DNA of 64,000 bases. Origin: Anaerolineae bacterium. Its GTDB lineage: Bacteria; Chloroflexota; Anaerolineae; B4-G1; DUEL01. How positions within the stretch are numbered: the stretch's first letter is position 1; each line of letters opens with the position of its first letter. Below the pieces are notes generated by a model that made no database searches, was not told the DNA's origin, and was given only the letters and a program-made list of their open reading frames with translations. The stretch is from the NCBI GenBank assembly GCA_041082215.1, contig JBDOIF010000120.1, forward strand, positions 1 through 64,000. Reading direction: 5' to 3'. Made by a program: the position numbers and the translations under genes. This document shows positions 40,835-48,372 of this stretch, in pieces.

Positions 40835-41305
40835 TTATTTATTTAGCTGGTCCAGCAGGCCCAGCAGTTCCTCATTGGGCGGGATATCGCTCATCGAATG
40901 GCCGTAATGGATCCAGCGGACCAGCCCCTCCCGATCCACGATAGCCTGGGCCGGCATCCGCCCCAGTTTGAAGAGGTTGACCTCCTGGCCATACCGCTTG
41001 AGGACGGTGTGTTTCGGGTCGGGCAGGCCGACGAAGGGCAACTGTTCCTCTTCCCAGTAACGGGCGAAGGACGGGGCATCCTCCGGCCCCACGACGATGA
41101 CCTCGGCGCCGCGTTGGGTGAACGCCTCGTAGTCCTGGCGCAACTGCGCCATATGCCGGCGGCAGAAGGGTCATATAAAGCCCCGGTTGAAGACCAGGAC
41201 GACGTGTTTCTTCCCCCGGTAGTCGGAGAGGCGCACTGTCCGCCCCCGGAAATCCTCCAGGGCGAAGTCAGGGGCCTCTAAGTTGATCTCCACCCGTTTC
41301 GCCAT
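40835..41305 (-). CDS. AhpC/TSA peroxiredoxin-like selenoprotein (in-frame UGA = Sec at codon 45)
   Basis: MAKRVEINLEAPDFALEDFRGRTVRLSDYRGKKHVVLVFNRGFI-TGA(41173-41171)-PFCRRHMAQLRQDY...; continuous thioredoxin fold with UxxC; downstream hairpin; SD GGAGGG. Confidence 0.85.
41136..41151 (-). promoter_or_regulatory. Putative bacterial SECIS hairpin
   Basis: UGGCGC-AGUU-GCGCCA beginning 19 nt after the UGA. Confidence 0.55.
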
Positions 41306-41340
41306 TTCGCTCCCTCCAGAGTCCCGATGCAGGCTTTACA

Positions 41341-41512
41341 AGCCACCGGACAGTTTTGTAGATCGCGAATCCTGCGAATCGGGCAAATGACACGAATGGT
41401 GCGAAACAGGCCCCAATAAGGCCAGAACTGCCTGGAAACATTCGTGACATTCGGTCCGTTCGCATCATTCGCGATAAGCTTCCTTGGCTCCGACAAAAGT
41501 GTCAGGTGGCTA
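41341..41512. mobile_element. MITE-like non-autonomous element
   Basis: 19-bp TIRs AGCCACCGGACAGTTTTGT / ACAAAAGTGTCAGGTGGCT (17/19 match), flanked by direct repeat GCAGGCTTTACA (41329-41340, 41513-41524); internal inverted 9-nt-period CGAAT arrays. Confidence 0.8.
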
Positions 41513-41519
41513 GCAGGCT

Positions 41520-41993
41520 TTACAAAGTCGGCGCGCGGTAATCGGCCGGTGTGCCCCAGCGTTCCACCCGGCGGTAGCGGGGCTGGCGGGCATGAAAGTG
41601 TACCTGGATCGGCGCCTGGTCCAGCTCGGGGTGTGCCTCAAAGAACTCCCTGTCTCCGTAGCGGAGCGCCTCCAGTGCCATGGGCAACTCGCGTCGGAAG
41701 AAGAAGTTGCGAAGAGCCGCCGGGCCGAAGACCATTCCCCCGCTGACGTGGCAGTGGACGTGTAGCGCAGGGCCGTCCTCTTCCTCTTTCCACTCTGCCA
41801 GCACTTCGTCGCGCATCAGTCGGGCGTACAGGCCGGAAAGCTGCTGCCGGTTGTACTCCAGACCCACCGTCAGGAACAACTCCCCCGTTGCATCGGAGTG
41901 AGTCAGTGTGTAGCGTCGGGGTATGGCCGGTCCCCCCCGCGTCACATCGCCGGTGAACCGCACATGCAGTTTCTCCGGATTCAACCTGGCCAT
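41520..41993 (-). CDS. Staygreen (SGR) family protein, Mg-dechelatase homolog
   Basis: PRRYTLTHSD, RDEVLAEW, LHVHCHVSG, ELPMALEA..YGD, VHFHA, ERWG. Confidence 0.92.
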   Translation of the reverse strand: MARLNPEKLHVRFTGDVTRGGPAIPRRYTLTHSDATGELFLTVGLEYNRQQLSGLYARLMRDEVLAEWKEEEDGPALHVHCHVSGGMVFGPAALRNFFFRRELPMALEALRYGDREFFEAHPELDQAPIQVHFHARQPRYRRVERWGTPADYRAPTL

Positions 41994-42081
41994 GCCCTCC
42001 TCCCTGCTTACCGCTCATAAGTCAACTGCGGCTCTGCACCCGCGGACGGCCGTCTCCTCAGTGCAGTTGATAAAGCGGCCG

Positions 42082-43068
42082 TCACCTCTGCCTCAGGAAT
42101 TCTTCTACTGCCCGGAGGAACGGCTCTGGACACTCCTCCTGCGGGATGTGGCCGCACTCGGGGATGACGACCAGTTCGGCCCCCGGGATTTCCCCCGCCA
42201 GGCGGATGCTCTGTTCGGTGGGGACGATGCGGTCGTCGTCGCCGGTGATCACCAGCACCGGCACCGTCACCTCGCCCAGCCGCTGGGGCAGATTCAGCGG
42301 ATGGCTGGCGCGGGTGACCTCCCATAACGCCCGGTCCCAATTCTCGACCCGGAACGGCCGGGCGTACCCCTCCCAGATTTCCGGCGTCAGTTTGTTCGGG
42401 TCGTGCCAGGCAGAGCGGCCGAGGTCCACGCCCCAGTTCTGGATGGAGCGGGCCACGAGCGGCCCGAGATGCCGCATCTGGGGGGTGTTGAGGAGGGGGC
42501 GCAGCCAGCCGGGCGTCCCCCCGCCTGTGTAGACCGCTGCATCCACCAGCACCAGCGCCTCCACCCGCTCCGGGTAGGTGAGCGCGGTGAGCAGCGCGAC
42601 CGTCCCGCCGGCGGAGTTGCCCACCAGGACCGCCCGCTCGATCCCCAACGCATCCATCAGCCCCACCGTTATGTCGGCCTGGGCCTCGGGGCTATAGGGG
42701 CTTAGCGCCGCTAAGCCCCTACCTTCCCCTTCCCACTCGCCGGGCATGGGGCGCTCGGTGAGGCCGAAGCCAGGCCGGTCGAAGGCGACGACCGTCCCCA
42801 TCTCCGAAAGCGGTCCCATCACCTCCCGCCAGGAGAAGGTGCTGGCGCCGAAGCCGTGGAGCAACATGAAGGCCGGTTCGCCCTCCCCGGCGATCTTGTA
42901 ATGAATGGTAATCCCGTTCACCTCGACAAACCGGCTATCCGGATCGGCCAACTGGTCCGGCGGCGCTGTCCCCTCCAGCGGCGGCACGGGCACCAGGAAG
43001 GGGCCCACCAGCAGGATGGCCAGGAACACCGCCAGGGCGATCAGCAGTCTGCGAAGCCAGGGTTTCAT
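42082..43068 (-). CDS. Membrane-anchored alpha/beta hydrolase
   Basis: N-terminal TM, LLHGFGAS, DRPGFG, nucleophile GNSAGG, GDDDRIVP, CGHIPQEE; SD AAGGAGG. Confidence 0.9.
   Translation of the reverse strand: MKPWLRRLLIALAVFLAILLVGPFLVPVPPLEGTAPPDQLADPDSRFVEVNGITIHYKIAGEGEPAFMLLHGFGASTFSWREVMGPLSEMGTVVAFDRPGFGLTERPMPGEWEGEGRGLAALSPYSPEAQADITVGLMDALGIERAVLVGNSAGGTVALLTALTYPERVEALVLVDAAVYTGGGTPGWLRPLLNTPQMRHLGPLVARSIQNWGVDLGRSAWHDPNKLTPEIWEGYARPFRVENWDRALWEVTRASHPLNLPQRLGEVTVPVLVITGDDDRIVPTEQSIRLAGEIPGAELVVIPECGHIPQEECPEPFLRAVEEFLRQR
42695..42722. repeat. GTAG-REP inserted in frame in the hydrolase gene
   Basis: Perfect 12-bp stem TAGGGGCTTAGC-GCC-GCTAAGCCCCTA with GTAG foot on minus. Confidence 0.75.
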
Positions 43069-43137
43069 TGTGCCTCCTTTACTTAATTACTGACCATCAT
43101 ACACCAGAGTACAGGAAGTGCAAGGGAGTTTTCCAGA

Positions 43138-43166
43138 TTGACAGAAGCACCGGCTGATGATATACT
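43138..43166 (+). promoter_or_regulatory. sigma70 promoter
   Basis: TTGACA-17-TATACT with extended TG. Confidence 0.72.
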
Positions 43167-43212
43167 CCCCCCGCAAGGACGTCGGCGCATCCCCCAGCGA
43201 ACGGAGGTGAGC

Positions 43213-45165
43213 ATGGGCGAGGCCCCTCCCCGGTACGATTATCTCTTCGTCAGCGACCTGCACGTCTCTCTGGGGTACGATCCTGAGCGGCGTGCCTACC
43301 ATGCCCGGGAGGATTTCTTCTTCGACGAGCCCTTCTTCCGCTGGCTTCGCTGGGCCGATGCCGGCTGCCCCCCCGACAGGCGTTGGGAGCTGGTCTTCGT
43401 CGGTGACGGCTTCGATTTTCTCCCTATTGATCTGGGGGTGGTCCACCAGTACTTCGAGGCCCGCGACCGCCGCCGCGAGCGGCTGGAGCTGGAAGACCGA
43501 AGACAGGTGGTGGCCTACTGGCAGCGGCAGTTCGGCGAGGAAGAGAGGCTCGCTCCGGAAGAGCGGGAGCCCGAGTGGGTGCGCTGGCTCCTGTTTGAAG
43601 ACGACGCGCTGGACGATCGGGTCCGTCTGGCTCCCCCCTCCCCCGGGCCGTTGAAGGCCCTTGCCGTCGAGGAGGCAGCTCCCCCTGTGCCGGACTGGGC
43701 GGTTTGCATCTACGAAGGGGTGCACCCTCCGGCAGGAGGGGAGGGCCGGCTGGTCGCCTCATCTCTCAGCCTGGGGCGGCCATTGGAGGGGCTTCGATTG
43801 ACGGAGGGGGAGGGCCGCCCCGCACGCCGGGCCATCAGCCGTGAAGAGGCTTTCGAACGGCGGTACGGTTTTCTCCCCACCCAGGCCAGGTCCATGGCCC
43901 GCCTCCACTTTATCTACCGGGGCCATTCCACCTTCTTCCGCGCCCTGGCCTGGTTTGTCGGGCGGGGGCACCGAATCACCTTCCTGCGCGGCAATCACGA
44001 CCTGGAACTCTTCTGGCCGGGGGTCCAGACCCTCCTCCGGCGACTGGTGGCCCAGGAATATCCGGCCGCCTTCGAGGGCGCCCCTCTTCCCCCGATGCCC
44101 GATCTGGAGGAGCATATCCGCTTCCGGCCCGGCTGGTTCTATTACCGTCCCGGCCTCTTCTACGCCGAGCACGGCAGCCAGTATGAACCGGTGGATTCCT
44201 GTCCTAACTTCATCCGCCCTCTGCTCCCTGCCGCTCCCCACCTCCTGAATCCGCCTGTCGGCAGCCTGGGAGTGACCACCGTCGTCGCCCGGATGGAGGA
44301 TGAGAACCCGGAGTGGGAAAATCGAGGCAAGCACGCCGTCGTGCTTCTGGAGCTGGTCCGGCGCTACCCCCATCAGGCATTCCTCATCCTCACCCGCCAC
44401 GTCCGCGACTTCCTGTGGATGGCCCAGCGGCTCTGGCAGGCGACGAAGGGAGGGGACCAGAAGCCCGCGGCGGAGGATTTCCGCCGATACGCGGCGGAGG
44501 CAGGGCTTCCCCAGGAGGAGGTGGAGGCGATCTACTGGCAATGGGACCCGCCCATTATGGTGCGCAGGCCGCTGGCCTGGCTCCTTTTCAGTCCCGGCGG
44601 CCATGTCGTCAAGGGGGTCCTGGCTTTGCTGGTATTCGGTGTAGGGGTGGGGGCTGCTCTCCTATGGTATCTGGTGATCGCCCCCGTCCTCTCCGCCCTG
44701 ATCCCTCCCAACTTCCTTTCCGCCACCATCGGTCCGGCGCTCCAGCTCCTGACCCGAATCCTGCTCTGGCTGGTCCCGCCCCTCGCCTGGGAATGGCTGC
44801 GCCGTCGCCTCGAAAGGTGGTATCCACACCCCCTCATGTACAGGGCCGCGCAGCGGGTCCATCAGCACCTGCGAAAAGTGGACCCCGACATCCGTTTCTA
44901 CATCCTGGGCCATGACCATAAGGCTGACGTGCGGGTTGTGGAGCAAAGACCTGCCCACAGACACGTCTACTATCTCAACACCGGCTGCTGGTTTCCTGAG
45001 TTTGCCGAAGGGGCCCGGAGGCTACAGACCCTGGGCCGGGATGTGCAGTTCACTTTCGTCCGGCTGGTCCAGCAGGAAGGGGGAGTGGAGGCCGAGCTGC
45101 TGCGCTGGAACGACGATGCGGGCCGCGCCGACCCCCAGATCGTCCCTCCCGCCCGATCGGAGTGA
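43213..45165 (+). CDS. Calcineurin-like metallophosphoesterase (LpxH-like motif set) with large inserts and TM segments
   Basis: SDLH, GDGFD, GNHD, EHG, GHDH, YLNTG; ATG 43213 with GGAGGTG. Confidence 0.78.
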   Translation: MGEAPPRYDYLFVSDLHVSLGYDPERRAYHAREDFFFDEPFFRWLRWADAGCPPDRRWELVFVGDGFDFLPIDLGVVHQYFEARDRRRERLELEDRRQVVAYWQRQFGEEERLAPEEREPEWVRWLLFEDDALDDRVRLAPPSPGPLKALAVEEAAPPVPDWAVCIYEGVHPPAGGEGRLVASSLSLGRPLEGLRLTEGEGRPARRAISREEAFERRYGFLPTQARSMARLHFIYRGHSTFFRALAWFVGRGHRITFLRGNHDLELFWPGVQTLLRRLVAQEYPAAFEGAPLPPMPDLEEHIRFRPGWFYYRPGLFYAEHGSQYEPVDSCPNFIRPLLPAAPHLLNPPVGSLGVTTVVARMEDENPEWENRGKHAVVLLELVRRYPHQAFLILTRHVRDFLWMAQRLWQATKGGDQKPAAEDFRRYAAEAGLPQEEVEAIYWQWDPPIMVRRPLAWLLFSPGGHVVKGVLALLVFGVGVGAALLWYLVIAPVLSALIPPNFLSATIGPALQLLTRILLWLVPPLAWEWLRRRLERWYPHPLMYRAAQRVHQHLRKVDPDIRFYILGHDHKADVRVVEQRPAHRHVYYLNTGCWFPEFAEGARRLQTLGRDVQFTFVRLVQQEGGVEAELLRWNDDAGRADPQIVPPARSE

Positions 45166-45183
45166 GGAGATGCGGGAAGTGAA

Positions 45184-45269
45184 AACCACGGAGCACAGAG
45201 GACACAGAGAAACACCAGCAGTAATCCGAAAACTTTGCAGAACTCCGTGCCCTCTGTGTCTCTGTGGTT
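45184..45269. repeat. Palindromic CACAGAG-array element, copy 1
   Basis: AACCAC..(CACAGAG)n..spacer..(CTCTGTG)n..GTGGTT. Confidence 0.78.
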
Positions 45270-45326
45270 AGAATCTAATGAAACTGCATGAATCCTCTAA
45301 ATTACAATCCAGGAGGAAAAGGAGCG

Positions 45327-45737
45327 ATGGCTATCAAATTCCCGTCCGACGAGTGGATCAAAGCCCTGAGCGCCAAGCTCAACGAGAGCGAGGCCTACGA
45401 GAAATCGGCCAAAGATTGGGAGGGGGATTTCGTCTTCATCGTAGAGCCGGACGACGCCTATCCCGAGACCGCCTACCTCTTCCTCGCTCTCTATCACGGC
45501 AAAAGCCCTGATGCAGCGATGATCGCCAGCCCCGATGAACGGAGTGCGGAGTTCGTCATCAGCGCCCCCTTCAGCGCCTGGCGGCAGGTCATCGAGGGCA
45601 AGCTCGACCCCATCCAGGGGATGATGACGCGCAAGTTGAAGCTGAAGGGCAATATGATGAAGATCATGCGCTATCCCAAAGCCGCCCAGGAGATCGTCGC
45701 CTGCTGCGCGAAGATCCCCACCGACTTCGGAGGCTGA
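45327..45737 (+). CDS. SCP2 sterol/lipid-binding domain protein
   Basis: FPSDEW, WEGDF, GKLDPIQGMMTRKLKLKGNM; ATG 45327. Confidence 0.88.
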   Translation: MAIKFPSDEWIKALSAKLNESEAYEKSAKDWEGDFVFIVEPDDAYPETAYLFLALYHGKSPDAAMIASPDERSAEFVISAPFSAWRQVIEGKLDPIQGMMTRKLKLKGNMMKIMRYPKAAQEIVACCAKIPTDFGG

Positions 45738-45783
45738 TCTCCTGGCCGTCCCCCAGCCGTTGTGGGGTCTGTGGCGGACGGAA

Positions 45784-45870
45784 AACCACCGGGGCACAGA
45801 AGACACGGAGAGATGATGGGGACTTCGAAATCCTTGCCCAACTCTGTGTTCTCTGTGCCTCTCTGTGGTT
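45784..45870. repeat. Palindromic CACAGAG-array element, copy 2
   Basis: Same ends AACCAC...GTGGTT and inverted CACAGAG units. Confidence 0.78.
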
Positions 45871-45912
45871 ATGACAAGCGAAACTGCGCAGGTTACACCA
45901 GGAGGTGGTGGA

Positions 45913-47076
45913 ATGTGGTACTTTGTCTCGCCCGAGATCGTCTTCGGCGAAGGAGCGCTGGACGCCCTCGATGAGTTGCAGGGGAAGCGCGCCCTGATCG
46001 TCACCGACGCCACACTGCTCCGTCTGGGGCTGGTGGAGCGGGTGAAGGCCCATCTGGACAACGCCGGCATCGAGGTTCACACCTTCGCCGAGGTGGAGCC
46101 GGACCCCAGCGTGCAGACGGTGCGACGGGGGGCGGAGGTGGCCCGGGAGCTGGGGCCGGATTGGATCGTCGGCCTGGGAGGAGGCTCGCCGATGGACGCC
46201 GCCAAAGCGATCTGGGTGCTCTACGAGCGGCCTGACCTGGAGCCGGCGGAGATCAATCCCTTCATCAGCCTGGGCCTCCGGCAGAAGGCCCGCCTCATCA
46301 CCATCCCCACCACCAGCGGCACCGGGGCGGAGGTGACCTGGGCCATCGTGCTGACCGACACCGAGGAGCAGCGCAAGATGGGGCTGGGCAACCGGGAGAA
46401 CCGGGCCGACATCGCCATCGTGGACCCGGTGATGGCGGCGGGGATGCCTCCCCAGTTGACCGCCGACACCGGCCTGGATGCGCTCACCCACGCCGTCGAG
46501 GGGTTTACCTGTACATGGCACACCGACGTGAGCGACGGGCTCTGTGTCTACGCCGCCCGTCTCATCCTCCGTTACCTCCCCCGCGCCGTCGCCGATGGCT
46601 CCGATATGGAGGCCCGTGAACGGATGCACAACGCCGCTACCTGCGCCGGCCTGGGGTTCGGCAACAGCCTGGCCTCGATGGCCCACGCGATGGGCCACGT
46701 GCTGGGGGCGGTGTTCCATATCCCCCACGGTCGGGCGGTGAGCATTTACCTCCCCTACACCATCGAGTTTGCCGCCCGCGAAGCCCCCGAACGGTACGCC
46801 GAGCTTTCCCTTCTCCTCGGCTGCTCCTCCGAAGAGGGAGAGAAAGGGGCAAGGGCGCTGGCCGCCGCCATCCGCGACCTCTGCCGCCGGATCGGCAACC
46901 CCGCCAGCGTCGTCGAGGCGGGCGTCGAAAAGGCTGCCTATGAGGCCCAGCTGGATAAGCTGGTGGAGGATGCCTTCAACGACACCCAGATCATCACCAC
47001 CCCCCGCCCCCCGTCCTATGAGGAGCTGCGCCAGCTCTTCCAGTACGCCTACGAGGGGAGACCCGTTGACTTTTAG
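45913..47076 (+). CDS. Iron-containing alcohol dehydrogenase
   Basis: [42 protein letters not shown] 45913. Confidence 0.92.
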   Translation: MWYFVSPEIVFGEGALDALDELQGKRALIVTDATLLRLGLVERVKAHLDNAGIEVHTFAEVEPDPSVQTVRRGAEVARELGPDWIVGLGGGSPMDAAKAIWVLYERPDLEPAEINPFISLGLRQKARLITIPTTSGTGAEVTWAIVLTDTEEQRKMGLGNRENRADIAIVDPVMAAGMPPQLTADTGLDALTHAVEGFTCTWHTDVSDGLCVYAARLILRYLPRAVADGSDMEARERMHNAATCAGLGFGNSLASMAHAMGHVLGAVFHIPHGRAVSIYLPYTIEFAAREAPERYAELSLLLGCSSEEGEKGARALAAAIRDLCRRIGNPASVVEAGVEKAAYEAQLDKLVEDAFNDTQIITTPRPPSYEELRQLFQYAYEGRPVDF

Positions 47077-47116
47077 GGACGCGGGGACGCGGAGACGCGG
47101 GGACGCGGAGATGCGG
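47076..47116 (+). repeat. 8-mer tandem repeat (GACGCGGR)x5
   Basis: Direct reading. Confidence 0.85.
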
Positions 47117-47141
47117 TCCGTGGTCGTGCAGGAGGGCTGAT

Positions 47142-48314
47142 ATGTCACGTTTTCGCGCTGAGGCGGAGGAACTGCGGGACCGGCTGATCGCCTGGCGGCG
47201 GGATTTCCACATGCACCCGGAGCTGGCTTTTGAGGAGCGCCGTACCGCCGGGATCGTCGCCGATCACCTGAAGGGGCTGGGGTATCGGGTGCGGACCAGC
47301 GTTGGGAAGACAGGGGTGATCGGTGTGCTGGAGGGAGCGCGGCCCGGCCCGACGGTGATGTTCCGCTTCGATATGGACGGGCTACCGGTGGCCGAGGAGA
47401 CAGGGGCGGAATACGCTTCCCGGGAGCCGGGCCGGATGCACGCCTGCGGCCACGACGGCCACGTGGCCATGGGGATGGGACTGGCTGCGCTGCTGGCTGC
47501 CCATCGGGGCGAGATGGCTGGCGTCGCCGTCCTCCTCTTCCAGCCCGCCGAGGAGGGGGGCAACGGAGCCGAGGCGATGATCCGGGATGGGGCGCTGGAG
47601 GACCCCCGGCCGGACTTTTTCATCGCTACCCACGTCTGGATCGAGAGGCCGGTGGGGACGGTGGACATCTCCCCCGGGCCGGTGATGGCAGCGGCAGAAA
47701 AGTGGAGCTGCACGGTCCGCGGCAGGGGAGGGCACGGCGCGCTGCCCCACCAGGCGGTTGACCCCATCGTGGCGGCAGCCCAGGTGGTGACCGCTCTGCA
47801 GACGGTGGTGAGCCGCAACGTCAGCCCGCTGGACACCGCTGTGGTCACCGTCGGCTCCATCCACGGCGGCGACGCTTTCAACGTGATCCCCCCCGATGTC
47901 CGGATGACGGGCACGATCCGCACCTACCAGCCTGCCACCCGGGAGCGGGTCCTCCAGAGGACGCGGGAGGTTATCGAAGGGGTGGCCGCCGCCTGCGGCG
48001 CGGAGGCTGAGCTGGAGATCACCCCTCTCACCCCCGCCGTCATCAACGACCCCGTGGTGACGGAGGTGGTCCGGCGGGCGGCGGAGGCAGTGGTGGGGCC
48101 GGAGCGGGTGGGCTCCGGCGAGCGCACGATGGGGAGCGAGGATGCGGCGTTTTTCATGCGGGAGGTCCCCGGCTGCTACTTCTTCCTCGGCGCGGCCAAT
48201 GCCGAAAAGGGGTTCACCGCCCCCCACCACAACCCCCACTTCGACTTCGATGAGGAGGCGCTGGTGCTGGGGCTGGCGATCCTGGCCGAGGTGGGGGGAA
48301 CCTATCTGCTGTAA
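47142..48314 (+). CDS. M20 family amidohydrolase
   Basis: RRDFHMHPEL, RFDMDGLP, MHACGHDGH, FQPAEE, GSED, PHHNPHF. Confidence 0.92.
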   Translation: MSRFRAEAEELRDRLIAWRRDFHMHPELAFEERRTAGIVADHLKGLGYRVRTSVGKTGVIGVLEGARPGPTVMFRFDMDGLPVAEETGAEYASREPGRMHACGHDGHVAMGMGLAALLAAHRGEMAGVAVLLFQPAEEGGNGAEAMIRDGALEDPRPDFFIATHVWIERPVGTVDISPGPVMAAAEKWSCTVRGRGGHGALPHQAVDPIVAAAQVVTALQTVVSRNVSPLDTAVVTVGSIHGGDAFNVIPPDVRMTGTIRTYQPATRERVLQRTREVIEGVAAACGAEAELEITPLTPAVINDPVVTEVVRRAAEAVVGPERVGSGERTMGSEDAAFFMREVPGCYFFLGAANAEKGFTAPHHNPHFDFDEEALVLGLAILAEVGGTYLL

Positions 48315-48333
48315 CGTTCGGGTATAGAGCTGG

Positions 48334-48370
48334 GCGGGTGCGACGGGCCATCGGGGCGCGTCGCACCTGC
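48334..48370. terminator. Hairpin between convergent genes
   Basis: GCGGGTGCGACG / CGTCGCACCTGC stem. Confidence 0.55.
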
Positions 48371-48372
48371 TG

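Noticed and set aside
40835..41305. Peroxiredoxin as a nonsense pseudogene
   Set aside because: The single stop is UGA exactly at the redox-active position with a downstream hairpin and both halves intact; Sec is more parsimonious
41362..41475. Regularly spaced CGAAT units as a mini-CRISPR
   Set aside because: Period is 9 nt with inverted halves, no 25-40 nt repeats or spacers, no cas genes
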